This document shows positions 12,871-25,936 of a stretch of 64,000 nt of DNA, piece by piece (within the stretch, counting starts at the first letter, position 1; every line of letters begins with the position of its first letter). Position numbers and translations under genes: made by a program. Source of the DNA: Octopus vulgaris (lineage: Eukaryota). The stretch is from positions 7,564,001-7,628,000 of the forward strand of contig OX597834.1 in NCBI GenBank assembly GCA_951406725.2. The letters are read 5' to 3'. Below the pieces are notes generated by a model. That model searched no databases. It was given only the letters and a program-made list of their open reading frames with translations, and was not told the DNA's origin.

Positions 12871-13914
12871 TGTGTTTACCCTCAAATTCTATCAAAGATG
12901 TACTCGTTAAGTTTTTTTTCTTCCGGATGAGGATGACAGCCGGTAGGTAAAAGAACTCCATCTCAATCAAGCTAAGTAACATATTTGATTCTAAATTTAT
13001 CGTCACGCTATTTACGAAGACCTTAACGCTGTCGTCAGACTTCCGAAAGAAAACAATTGTTTATTTTAAATCTACATAAATCAATATTAACTCGAACCGA
13101 TCAAACTATGCTCCAATAGTTAAAACACTAAGTGTACCATTGCACTCTTTTTCAGTTTGTTCATTGAAAAAAAAAAAAATTCCCCATCATATTTCAGAAG
13201 GACGTAATTAAAATACAGAAACCTCGAATTCAATTTTCTTTTTCGACAGGAAGGGGAAAAGGAAGAATTTAATTTTTTATTACAGTGGAGGACTTTTATG
13301 CATTTTTCGATAATTCTAACTATGGGCGATTTATTTATTTAGTTATTCATTTATTTTCCTATGGAAGATCATACGCATAAATATCTCCCGCTTTTATGAG
13401 ATTTTTTTCCTCTCTGTTTTTCCGCCGGAGAAATTATTCCAAACAGTTTATTTATTCTGTTCCTGTAAAAATATTTAAAGTTACATAATTATATAAAAAT
13501 ATATTTGATAAAAAATTTTAACAGTTTCTTTTTTCCCCTCTTGATATTGGTGACACACACAAAAAAAAAAATGGCTTTTAAATTTTAGATATTTCTTACT
13601 ATTTTCAACATGCAAGAAATCTGATGAAAATCGCTCATATAGTTATAACAGCAGATAAAAAACAAAAAAAAAAAAACGAAACAAAAGCCAACAGAGAAAA
13701 CAAAAAGAGAGTCTGCCAGCTTCATGTAAACTCATTGTTGTATGGATTTATCATTCTGGCTTCGGATCAATGGCATCGTATATCTTCTTTATACTCAAAA
13801 TATTATATCAAATGAAGCTACGAAAACGTCAGCTCTAGAATATCACCTTTCGTGAAATTACTCATAATAATGTTTATATACTATTTTTACTCCTTTTACT
13901 CTTTTAATATGATA

Positions 13915-13952
13915 TATTATTATTATTGTTGTTGTTATTATTAATATTATTA

Positions 13953-14034
<82 letters not shown>

Positions 14035-14180
14035 CAGTGATAGTATTAGTAGTAGTAACGGCAGCAGCAACAGTGATTGTAGTAGTAATAGTAGCAACAG
14101 CAGTAGTAGTAGTAGTAGTATCAGCAGCAGCAGTGGCAGTTGTAGTAGTAGTAGTAGTAGCAGCAGTAGTAGTAATAGTA
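13915..14180. repeat. (TTA)n/(TAG)n/(CAG) trinucleotide tract
   Basis: Direct reading. Confidence 0.9.
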
Positions 14181-14339
14181 TTTTAAACGAATAAAAAATG
14201 TGACGTAGGCATGTGATCGATCCCCTATCTACATATATCTTTAAAATTCTAATCCAAGGACTGAAAATTACTTCATCACTCCATGCTATTAAGCTAAACA
14301 TGGAAACCAACACTTAGTTGTAGCGTCTAAAATAATGTC

Positions 14340-14532
14340 ATTCTTTTCTACTCTAGGCGCAAGGCAGGGGATCAGTCGATTAGATCGAACCTAGTACGCA
14401 ACTGGTACTTAATTTATCGACCCCGAAAGGCCAAGTCGACCTCAGTGGAATTTGAACTCAGATCGTAGAGACTGACGGAATATCAACAAGCATTTCGCCC
14501 GACATGCTAACGTTTCTGCCAGCTCGCCGCTT
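14340..14532 (-). mobile_element. SINE family M
   Basis: ACTGGTACTTAATTTATCGACCCCGAAAGG...GCCAGCTCGCCGC. Confidence 0.85.
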
Positions 14533-16330
14533 TGCTCTAATAGTGTCATTAAATAGTGAAACTCTTCCCCCGGTCCTTAAAGAAGATATAGTAATTTTAA
14601 AATCGCTTCTTCTCAGTAATAAAGGGTTGAGGAAATGAGTGGAAATATTGAAAACCAGTTAGTACAACATTTTAGAAGGGCAGAATTTAATATACAACTT
14701 GAGAGCTTAACTGTTAGGGGTAAAGAAGGTTTATTTGTGGCTTATGTGCATTTTGTTAAAGGAAATCTTTAAAGAAATTGTGGGAAATAGATAAAGTAAG
14801 AAGCAATTTTTGAAGTTCTTATAAACATACGTTAAAGGTAAAATATTTTGTTCAACAAAATATATATTCTGCTTAACTGATGTTGCACTCCCTATTTCCG
14901 TTCACCGTGGAGGCGCAATGGCCTAGTGGTTAGGGCAGCGGACTCGCGGTCATAGAATCGCGGTTTCGATTCCCAGACCGGGCGTTGTGAGTGTTTATTG
15001 AGCGAAAACACATAAAGCTCCACGAGGCTCCGGCAGGGGATGGTGGTGATCCCTGCTGTACTCTTTCACCACAACTTTCTTTCACTCTTACTTCCTGTTT
15101 CTGTTGTACCTGTATATCAAATGGCCGGCCTTGTAACTCTCTGTGTCACGCTGAATATCCCTGAGAACTACGTTAAGGGTACACGTGTCTGTGGAGTGCT
15201 CAGCCACTTACACGTTAATTTCACGAGCAGGCTGTTCCGTTGATTCGAATCAACCGGAACCCTCATCGTCGTAACCGACGGAGTACATCCATCCATCCAT
15301 TTCCGTTCCCCAAGCTGGGTTGGTATCTTATATGAAAATGAAGGTAACTGATCTCTTTGCAGACTACTGTGTAATTCATTAAGAACACTTAATTGTCAAA
15401 GAAACAAAAAAAAAAAAAAGGTGTTTGAAACGTGATCTTTGTAATATTAGTTGTTAATATCAAAGTACGTGTCTTAAATACGAGGCTGTGTAGTCCTTAA
15501 TTATCTAAAGATACGAGGAAAATTCGAAACACCATTTCTTTACACTGAATTATTTCAGTAAAAAGAATCCTGCTTCAGACGCGTCTCCCAGCTTTACGAT
15601 AGTATTGTTGAATTTATATTTAAGTATCATGATGAACAACTAACAAAGGACATTGACTTCAATCCTGGTGATGTGGCTTATCTATTTGATATTTATAGCC
15701 AGATAAATAAACTGGATTTGCAAACGCAAAGAACCAATTTTAACCTAATACACGCAAAGTATGCAGTTAACATCTTTATAACCAAAATTGAATTGTACAA
15801 GCGAAACTTTAACAGAAGGGAGTTCTGTCCGTTTCTGTCAATAAAAATACCTTCATAATTATTTACAGATGATAAACTTGGGACCTCCTGTGCACATTTA
15901 CAATAACGGAAGGAAAATTTTGAACGAGATTTACTGATTTGATTAACCTGAGGGCTCCTGACTGGGTAGAAAAGAAAAAAATCTGCTGCGCAGAATGAAA
16001 AAGAAGAGTATTTATAGTAGATTATCATTGATTTACAGAACGATGAATAAATAAAGATGATTTTTAAAGATCAAAGCCTGTGTGAAATGTGGTTGTAAAG
16101 TAGTCTGAACTATCCTGTATTGTGGAATATAGCCAAGTTATTTTTTTTATTGCTTTTTCATCTTCTGATATGATGGAGAAAGGTTTTAGTGCAGTAAATC
16201 AAATTTTGACCACGAATAGAAACCGAACGGAGGTAGTGCGGTGTGAGGTTTTACGATTTCTTTTTACCAAATTTGGAGCCAAATATTACAAAACATGCTG
16301 CTGGTGATCAGCACGAAGGATCACGTTAAT
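14533..16330 (+). pseudogene. Decayed hAT (Charlie/Buster-like) transposase, interrupted by a SINE
   Basis: EMSGNIENQLVQHFRRAEFNIQLE..VAYVHFVK; CVIH*EHL motif near 15368; AYLFDIYSQINKLDLQTQ (15673-15858); IAFSSSDMMEKGFSAVNQILTTNRNR, the hAT C-terminal dimerisation domain. Confidence 0.8.
14908..15290 (+). mobile_element. SINE family B full length (tail type 2), tRNA-Arg-like head
   Basis: GGAGGCGCAATGGCCTAGTGGTTAGGGCAGCGGACTCGCGGTC...GGTTTCGATTCCC; near-identical to 41025-41406. Confidence 0.9.
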
Positions 16331-16371
16331 AAACGATTTTATTCATTTCTTTTAAAATACTACTACTGCTG

Positions 16372-16422
<51 letters not shown>

Positions 16423-16454
16423 ATAATAATAATAATAATAATAATAGTACTAAT

Positions 16455-16932
16455 ACTGTTTTGTGCTGTATAAAAGATGGGCTACAGCAAACGTTCTGCT
16501 TACTACCACATATCTGCATGTCAATTGCTTGACCTTAACCAGTTGAGCGTGTCCCTTAGTGGCTGACGATATGTGCATCTCTGATCAAGAGCAGAAATAA
16601 TGGGGAAGAACCTCAGCCATATGTTGAGAAGAATTCCTTGGCATTTGGATAATTCACTTGTGGAGAAATGGGTGTTTTGTTCAACATTCTCAAACAGCTC
16701 TTATTCAGGGACCTTTCGAGTGGAATGGGCAACTCGAAGAAAATATTAGCTGGGCCCCAGCTGCAAGGTCATGCGCTGTTAATTTTGACATAAGATTACA
16801 TTGTTGCATACATATGGTTGTGATGCTTGTGTCTGATGTATCCTTATCAGAGGAGTAGTCATGATGGGTATACTGGGCTTCGTATATATGTACCCTAGTA
16901 TTACTTTGATAGCATGCACTGCTCTCTCACTT
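16455..16932 (+). mobile_element. Non-coding (TAA)n-flanked element family W (probable LINE 3'UTR or non-autonomous derivative)
   Basis: Collinear with 18913-19452 and a degraded piece at 12335-12485; ends GCTCTCTCACT then (AAT)n. Confidence 0.7.
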
Positions 16933-16942
16933 AATAATAATG

Positions 16943-16977
<35 letters not shown>

Positions 16978-17779
16978 CAGTCCAACGTGTCGTGTATGCA
17001 AGCAACAAAATGAAACCATTGACCATGTGGTCTCCAAGTGCAGTCTTCTAGCGCCTACAGAGTATCTCAACAGGCACGATAGAGCTGCACAATATATTCA
17101 CTGGGTAATCTGTAAAAACCTGGATTTGCCCCATGAAAAAAACTGGTGGGAACACAAACCACCCCCAGTGCTTGAAAATGACCACATCTCACTCCTCTGG
17201 AACTTCACCATTCAAACTGACAGGAAGATAGATGCAAATAGGCCAGACATCATATTGAAAAACTTCAAACAAAGAACATGCCTCCTCATTGATATGACTG
17301 TCCCAATCGATATAAACGTATCTGTCAAGACCTACCAAAAACTGAGCAAATATAAAGATCTTGAAATAGAAATCAGCAAAATGTGGAAGCTGAAGACTAA
17401 AACAATACCTGTTGTCATAGGTGCCCTGGGAATGATAGCAAAAGGGGCTGATAGCTACCTAACTCAGATACCAGGAAACCCAAAAATGGCAGAAGTTCAA
17501 AAGATAGTGCTCATGGGAACTGCTCATATCCTACGCAAAATACTCTCTATGTAATCTCAAGGTTTAAAACAAACATAATTTTCGGTTTAAAAAAAAAAAA
17601 AACAAAAAAAAAACCTTTTTTTTTCTTTTTAGACATTCATTAGTACAACATCCCCACCCCCCAAATATATGGCACACTAGGCATAACAACAACATGAACT
17701 TCCAACCCTGTTGTCTCTTGAGGTCTCTGGGTGAGACTTGGAGCCAACTTGTACAAATATAAAGCAAAAGTCAAACATA

Positions 17780-17780
<1 letters not shown>
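16978..17780 (+). mobile_element. R4/Dong-like non-LTR retrotransposon 3' end (family X); ORF remnant open to 17554
   Basis: CRVC..ETIDHVVSKC zinc knuckle, RHD, RPDII..LIDMTVP, KLSKYKDL restriction-like endonuclease; flanked by (TAA)n. Confidence 0.9.
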
Positions 17781-17810
<30 letters not shown>

Positions 17811-17812
<2 letters not shown>

Positions 17813-18768
17813 CACCTAATAAACATGAAGAAGAAGAAGAAGAAGATGAAGAAACAACAAAAGCTATAAAACAAATGAAATCCAAACTAAAAATAGAACA
17901 GCAACGAACCATGATAAAACGATGGCAAGAAAAGCCCCTTCATGGTAAATACTGGACTAAACTAAACGCAAAAGAAATAGACAAAGAAAAATCCCAGCAA
18001 TGGTTGAGAAGCTCAGGACTCAAAGCAGAAACAGAGGGATTTTTAATTGCAGCACAAGACCAAAGCCTCCCCACCAGAAATTACCAAAAACATGTAATGA
18101 AAAGAAATATTACAAGTAACAGCAGAATATGTGGAGATGGACATATTATCTCTAGCTGCCCAGTCTTGGCTAAGAAGGAATATATACACAGACATGACAG
18201 AGTTGGAACCTACATACATTGGAAGCTATGTCAACATTATGGAATAACAACAGAAAAAAGATGGTATAGGCACACACCAGAAAAGGTCACAGAAAACGAG
18301 AAAGCAACCATACTCTGAGATATGCCGATACACACAGATAGAGAAATTAAGGCCAACAGACCAGATATAGTTGTCAGAGATCATGAAGAAAAAAATGCTT
18401 TCTAATTGATGTATCAATACCGGCTGATGACAACGTGTCTCTAAAAGAAATGGAGAAACTCTCAAAATATAAAGACCTGGAAATAGAGGTAACTAGAATG
18501 TGGAATCTGAAAACAGAAACAATTCCTATCATAGTAGGTGCATTAGGCATGATAAAAAAATATTCAGACAAATACATAACAAAAACACCAGGACTTACAA
18601 ACACATATAACATACAGAAAATTGCACTACTAGGCACTGCACACATCCTACGCAGAACACTTTCCATACAATAACCATCAGAGCATCACAACAAATCACA
18701 GCACATACCCAAGGCACACAGAGCTGTGCTCGGTAGTGAAGTGAAAGCACGCTATAAAAATAAAACTA

Positions 18769-18771
<3 letters not shown>
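17811..18771 (+). mobile_element. R4/Dong-like non-LTR retrotransposon 3' end (family Y), with stop and frameshift
   Basis: WQEKPLHG, LKAETEGFLIAAQDQ, RHDRVG, RPDIVV, EKLSKYKDLEIEV; 3'UTR followed by (AAT)n. Confidence 0.9.
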
Positions 18772-18829
<58 letters not shown>

Positions 18830-18830
18830 T

Positions 18831-18865
<35 letters not shown>

Positions 18866-18912
18866 TAATGATGATGATGATAATAATAATAATAATAACA
18901 ATAATAATAGTA

Positions 18913-19452
18913 CCAGGCAGTGGCTCTCATGGCTTCTGATCTTAACTGATTGGAAGTGTTATCATATACATTGTTTTGTCTTGGTATGAAAGATGGGCTA
19001 CAGCAAATATTCTGCTCAATACCACAGATTTGCTTGTCAGTTGTTTGACCTTAACCAGTTGAGCATGTCCCTTAGTGGCTGACGATATGTGCATCTCTGA
19101 TCACGAGCAGAAGTAGTGGGGGAGCATCATAGCCATGTGTTGAGAGGGATTCTTTGGGGTTTGAATAGTTCACCTCTGGAAACATGGGTGGTTCTTTCAA
19201 CATCCTTAAACAACCCTTATTCAGGGACCGTTTGAGCGGGATGGGCTACTCAACCTGAAGAAAATTCTAACTGGGCCCCACCTGCAAGGTCATGTGCTGT
19301 TTATCTTGATATGAGATCACCATGTCGCGCACATATGGTTGTGATGCATGTGCCTGGTGTACCTTTATCAGACGGGTAGTCATGATGGCTATTTTGGGCT
19401 TCGTATATTTTACCCCAGTGTCACTTTGATGGCATGAACTGCTCTCTCACTC
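18913..19452 (+). mobile_element. Element family W (second copy), (TAA)n-flanked
   Basis: Collinear with 16455-16932. Confidence 0.7.
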
Positions 19453-19493
<41 letters not shown>

Positions 19494-19498
19494 TGATG

Positions 19499-19562
<64 letters not shown>

Positions 19563-19894
19563 CAACAACAATAATAATGGTTTCAATTTTTGACACAAGG
19601 CCAGCAATTCCGTGGAGGGGATAAGCCCATTACATCCCACTAGTGTTCATGTGGTACTTATTTTATCGAACTCAAAAAGTTGAAAGGCAAACTTGGCAAT
19701 AAAATGTTTTTTAACGTATCATCGTTAGCAAATAGCAAAACAGCTTAGTTACATATTGAATTCAATTGTATCGACTAATTATGTTGTATAAGGATCGAAT
19801 TAGGGACGATAGCAAACATTTATTAGTTTTAGAGTTTGAATTAAACATCAAAATGTGTTAATCGTTTCAGTATTTTCAGTAAGCTAAAAAGAAA

Positions 19895-20228
19895 CTGTTG
19901 TTTCTGGGAAGTCATTTTCTTTTTGTGCCTTATTATGTAACACAGTCACCGATAAAATTTCCACTTTTTTCTTATTTTTATTTTCCTAAAATTTTGTTGC
20001 GTCTTGCAACCTTTTCAATAGTTTAGACTATTGAAAAGGTTGCAAGACTCAACGAAAATTTTAGGACAATAACAATAAGACAAAAGTGGTAATTTTACCG
20101 GTGACTGTGTTACATAATAAGGCACAAAAAGAAAATGACTCTCCTCAGACACAATAGAATATGCTTCAACACACGAACTCATATAAATTATCTTGCAAAC
20201 CAAATCCGAAAACGAAATAAAAAGAAAC
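19895..20228. repeat. Asymmetric palindrome (family 3) with two outward-facing hammerhead-like motifs
   Basis: Arms 19895-20022 and 20027-20157; motifs at 19986-20021 (-) and 20028-20064 (+): CTA-TTGAAAA-G-GTTGC..CAAC-GAAAATTT-TAG. Confidence 0.8.
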
Positions 20229-20589
20229 TGCTACGTAACAATGGTTTACAACATGTCTTTTAATTATACATGCAATCTAAATTACTATATCTGAAATCCC
20301 TGGCCTATGAAAAAGATTCACTTTCTAGCGATGCAACGAAGTTACACTTTCGTAAAAAAAAAAACAAAAAAAACCCCCAGTTTTAGAAAGCGTTTCAGAA
20401 AGTTTCTAAACAGGCCTCATGACTACAACCGAAACTGCTTTGGTCTGCTTCTAAAAAATCTACTTCGAATATCGTTTGAGGTTCTCAAACTTCAACGATT
20501 TCACCCAAAAGTCATCAATAGCAAAACATGCATCCATCATAGATACCAACCGTTGATGTTGCTAAATTCCAAAAAACTAAGCCCTAGAT

Positions 20590-20892
20590 CAGTGATTCGC
20601 AACTGAAGTCCCCTGGAGTCTGTTTACAATTTTGAGGTCCATGCGAACAAAATAGTAAATCTGGGATCCATTGCAGTACATTAAGGGTCCATGAGAACAA
20701 TTATACATTTGATGTATACTTTGCAAGAAGTCCTTTTTCGTTTAAAGTACACAATTTAATATGTGAAGAAAAAATAGGAATTTTTAAAGAAGTAAAAACA
20801 CTAGGGTTTTAAACATCGGATGTCTATGAGGGTCCTCCAGAATAGAATAGTAATCCAAAAAACGCATAAATTTAAAATGGTTGAGAACCACG
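20590..20892. mobile_element. Old hAT-Charlie-type MITE
   Basis: Degenerate TIRs CAGTGATTCGCAAC ... GTTGAGAACCACGG. Confidence 0.5.
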
Positions 20893-21198
20893 GTCTTACG
20901 CTCAAATGTTAAATTAGAAAATGGGTGATGTACTTTGATTGGTGACTAAAAATGCATTCCCCATTGCAAGAGAAAAAATTGAGCTTGCGATTGAAAAATG
21001 CAATTTCAAGACTGATTTTTCTTACCGAGTGTAGAAATATTCTTCCAGAAAATTTCCCATGGATTGCCAATCTGCATTTGCAGAGTGTCATGCTGTTTTT
21101 GATATTAAAATAACTTCCTGGAACTGTTGTTGATTTTGACACGTTCAATGACCGATGTAATAATGGTGCTTTGAAGGACAAGTAAAAATTCATCTCTC

Positions 21199-21287
<89 letters not shown>

Positions 21288-22129
21288 GTATCTATCAATC
21301 TTTCGATTCTATCTATGTAATTATCCATTCACTGATCCATCCGTCTAACTACCCATTCATCCATCCATTCTTTCATCTATCTATCTATCGATCTATCTAT
21401 CTATCTAGCTATCTAGCTATCTTTCCAGCTATCTAATTATTTATTCAGGCATCGATCCGTCTGACCACCCATTCATCCATCCAATATTTCATCTATCTAT
21501 CTATGTAACTGTACAGAGATAAGAAAAGCCATCAACAAGCACATGGATATCTCAAAGTTATAAAGATATTCTTTTTCACATTAGAATTATCATTTGAAAT
21601 CTGCATTAACAGAAATTTGTGTGGATATGGCATGAATATATTTTTATTTCTGTGATAACAATTTAAAGAACTAAAAGAGGAATATTGTAGAATCTGAGTT
21701 AAATTTTAATCAGGGAAATATTAATAAATAAATAAATAAAATTTTGCAATTGTAAAAAAACATTATAGGAAATATCAAATTGAATTTTTTTTTGTATTCT
21801 AAGTTTTCGTGGATTTTAACTATTTTTAAACACTTTTGTTTGCGGCCTTCCGTTAGTATAATTCTTTGTTTGTTTGATATTTTAAAACTTGTGAAGAAAT
21901 AAAAAGGAAATATATAAATGAAATATTTCTAAAATCTAGTGATATATACATATAATATAAATATAAATAACAATTTGTGCTTTGAATATTGTCATGAAAT
22001 ATTTATTTTTCTAATAAATGTATTAACTATTTTGTATTATTATTTATCTGTTCACTTATTGTTCTATTAAATTTTATATTTATGGCATACATGTGTATGT
22101 GTGCACACTCGCTCACGTGTGTGTGTATG

Positions 22130-22230
<101 letters not shown>

Positions 22231-23063
22231 GTATACACATATATATATATATGTGTGTGTGTGTGCCAATGTGTATATATACATAGGCATACGAACTTGC
22301 CGACCCACACATATATTGTTAAAAGTAGTTTTTACTCTTTACTAAGATGCATACGATATTTTCTTATTATTTGAAATTTTCTTCAAGATTTTACATGTAT
22401 GACGTAAATGTGTGTGTTTCTGTGGAATGCTATGAATTTCTACGTGTACATGTGTTTTCTGTTACACATAGACACACACATACGCACGCACACGCGCACA
22501 CACACACACATATATAAGAATACAAAATGCATTTTCACATTTTATTATTATGCAAGTAATATGCTTCTTCCGTTGAAGAAGAAACAAATACCGTGTTGAC
22601 ATTTTTTTTATAACAGCAATATGTAACACTGTAGACCTATCAAACGAATAATATACGGCAAAAATTCGGTGACAAGTAAGTAAATAGTATTTAGACAAAA
22701 TGTTTGTGAATCTTCCGCTTCTTTACATTGTTTGCTCAAATCCAGCCGAAGCCAAATCTTGCAATTCACCCTTGCAATATCGACAGACCATATTTCAAAT
22801 AAAATATTCCCAAGACTTAATTAACATTCCTTCCCACGAACATTTTATATCCTTATATCTTTGCTAAAAGTATTATTATTATAATTGTTATTATCGTTAT
22901 AGCAGTCTTATTTTTATAACGTGTTTCACTTCACTACCGATTGAAGCTCTGTGTGCCTTGGGTATGTGCTGTGGTTTGCTTTGATGTTCTTATGATTACT
23001 GTGCTGCAAGTATTTTTCATACGATGTGTGCGGTGCCTAGTGGTGCTATTTTCTGCATGTTGC

Positions 23064-23250
23064 GTTGCATTATACCGTGGAATAAGCTGTCGGACGAGAT
23101 AGTGAAGATGCCGACGACCGCTAGGTTCAAAGTGTCTCTTGACCAGAAATGGCCTGAACTATTTGCATGAACACCCTCCTTGTACATAACTCCATGTCCC
23201 CCTACATGGCCTTGCTTTTTGCTTTTTGAGCCAAAAAATTAACTTAACTT
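23064..23250 (+). mobile_element. CR1/L2-like LINE 3' end
   Basis: RCIIPWNKLSDEIVKMPTTARFKVSLDQKWPELFA* (WNxL...FKxxLD C-terminal motif), short UTR, (TTAAC)n tail. Confidence 0.75.
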
Positions 23251-23749
23251 GTTTCACCTGTTGTTTTTGTTATGTATTTGTCTGAATATTTTATCATACC
23301 TAATGCGTCTACTATGACAGGGATTGATTCTGGTTTTAGACTCCACATTCGAGTTCCTCTGTTTCCAGGTCTTTGTATTTTGAAAGTTTCTCCATTTCTT
23401 TCGGAGAAACCTTGTCATCTGTTGCTATTGATACATCGATGAGAAAGCATTTGTTCTTCATGATCTCTAACAACTATATCTGGCCTATTGACCTTAATTA
23501 TTCTATGTGTGTGTATTGGTACGTCCCATAATATCGTTGCTTTCTCATTTTCTCTGATCTTTTCTGGCGTGTGCCAATATCATCGATTTTCTGTTGTTAT
23601 TCCATGGTGCTGGTATAGGTTGTATTGTTTATAGATCCCAAGTCTATCGTGTCTGTGAATATTTTCCTTCTTAGCCAGGAATGAGCAGCCAGAGACAATA
23701 TGGTTTATTATTTCTTGTTCAACTGCACATTTTCTGCAGTTACCTGTTA

Positions 23750-24152
23750 TACTCTTTACTCTTTTACTTGTTTCAGTCATTTGACTGCGGCCATGCTGGA
23801 GCACCGCCTTTAATCGAACAACTCGATCCCAGGACTTATTCTTTTGTAAGCCCAGTACTTATTTTATCGGTCTCTTTTGCCGAACCGCTAAGTGACGGGG
23901 ACGTAAACACACCAACATCGGTTGTCAAGCAATGCTAGGGGGACAAACACATACACACAAACACACACACATACATATATATATATACATATATACGACA
24001 GGCTTCTTTCAGTTTCCGTCTACCAAATCCACTCACAAGACATTGGTCGGCCCGGGGCTATAGCAGAAGACACTTGCCCAAGATGCCACGCAGTGGGACT
24101 GAACCCGGAACCATGTGGTTGGTAAATATGCTACTTACCACACAGCCACTCC
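23750..24152 (-). mobile_element. SINE family A
   Basis: Collinear with 807-1230. Confidence 0.9.
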
Positions 24153-25087
24153 ATGTTTATTTTCATTACATGTTTTTGGTAATTTTTGGTAGCGAGGTTT
24201 TTGTCTTGTGCTACAATTAAAAATCCTTCAGTCTCTCTGCTTTGAGTCCTTGGCTTCTCAGCCATTGTTGGGATTTTGCTTTGTGTATTTCTTTTCTGTT
24301 TAGTTTAACCCAATATTTGCCATGAAGGGTCTTTTATTGCCATCGTTTTATCATGATCCTTTTGGATTTCAGGTGTTTTACAGCTTTTGTTTTTCTTCTT
24401 CTTTTTTTTCATAGTTGTTAGGTAATATGACGTCATTTTTGTATTTGTCAGCTTCCTTAACAGTATTTTGTTTTCTTCGTGCTTTGTGGCTATTTGTATT
24501 AGTTTTTCTTGCATCTGAAGAAGGTATATTTGTAGTCCTATGTTGTGTACTTGTACAAATGTTGGGCATTTTAATTGTACTCGTCTGCATTTTTAATTAT
24601 TCCTATTCATCTATTTCCCTTTGCACACCCCAGGGGACTAAAAGCAGATTGACACATTGCTATAAAATAAAGAACTGTCCGCAGTTCAGAGGAAGCAGTT
24701 CACTGTGAGCCGCGGGCAGAGAGGGTTTAACCTCGCGTAACAGTAATCATAGTGCGTCGTGTAAATACTTTCCCTTGCTTCGTTAAATCCAGCGCCGGAT
24801 ATAAGACTCAGCCATGTTAGTGTATTAACCAATCAGATTTTACTTGATAATACAAATATTCCTTTTATTACGGCAGTTTAAATTGTGCCAACTAGATTTC
24901 AAAGAATCTTGAAACATCTTTGTTGAAATGCTATAGAGAAGAGCTGCCTGTGAATTTTTACGGCATGTAGGACAGACTGTATATATTCACTGTTAGTTAC
25001 TACATATTTACCAAATCATCCATTCTAAGATCTGCATTGTTCTCCGTGCTCTCGTACGAGATTAAACACAATCTTATAATGTAAACG

Positions 25088-25257
25088 GACAATAATCACT
25101 GTTCACGTTTGGGTTGAAGTTTCTTTGATATCTTTCTATGACAGAAATATTTTCATTGAAATACAGACCATTCTAGTCACGCGCTTTATCAAGATTTGCT
25201 TGGGAAAAATCGAAATGTGAAAGAAAATGGTATATTTTGAGAGACACTTTGCAAACC
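25088..25257 (-). pseudogene. Chapaev3-like (CMC) transposase remnant
   Basis: Manual translation CKVSLKIYHFLSHFDFSQANLDKARD*NGLYFNENISVIERYQRNFNPNVNSDYC vs family motif MSLKxHxLxSHLDFF..N....E.GERFHQDI..E.RYQG.......DYC; superfamily assigned from memory. Confidence 0.6.
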
Positions 25258-25766
25258 TCCCATAATTCACTCACGACATCACGTTAAGTTTCAGCTCTGC
25301 TGTTAAATCGGGTTAGAACTATATGGAGTTCAGTGATTAAAGGAATATATGCATTAATCAAAATCTGGATTATGATCTGAATTCAACATCACTACATTAA
25401 GATAAATCAGTACTTTTTATGACTGCCATACACGCACCAGAGGAGGGAAAGGGTTACAGTTTATAGCAGAGCGACATAGGCGATTACGAATTAATAAAAA
25501 GATGCAGACAAGTGGTATACTCATGATAAATATAAGATTTACACTAATACACAAGGACACAACGAAGCAGAAAGAAAATGCTGCATATATTTTACGTTGA
25601 GTAAATACTTTACATGCAATCGGAAATCTCAATAAGAGCACAAAATATTGCACGTCCCCACAACATGCAGAGATCCAGCCTTCATCAGGTGTCTTCGGGA
25701 AATTTCGAACCTAAGGTATTTTTCGATGTTGTTCTTGTTGTTGTTGTTATTATTATTATTATTATT

Positions 25767-25880
<114 letters not shown>

Positions 25881-25936
25881 GAATCATAATAGTAATAATG
25901 ATAATAATAATAATAATAACAATAATAATAATAATA

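Larger units (their letters stand above)
22898..24600 (-). mobile_element. Older R4/Dong-like family Y copy, split by CR1 and SINE insertions
   Basis: Reverse-complement similarity to 17811-18771 (CRKC..EIINHIVSGCSFLAKKENIHRHDRLG; 3'UTR GCACATACCCAAGGCACACAGAGC). Confidence 0.85.

Noticed and set aside
14908-14980. tRNA-Arg-like sequence (also 41025 and 53000-53070)
   Set aside because: No proper acceptor stem, and it continues into a SINE body.
25417-25653. Hydrophobic 78-aa ORF faintly like a GPCR TM3-TM4 segment
   Set aside because: No flanking TM segments or clear motifs; composition explains it.
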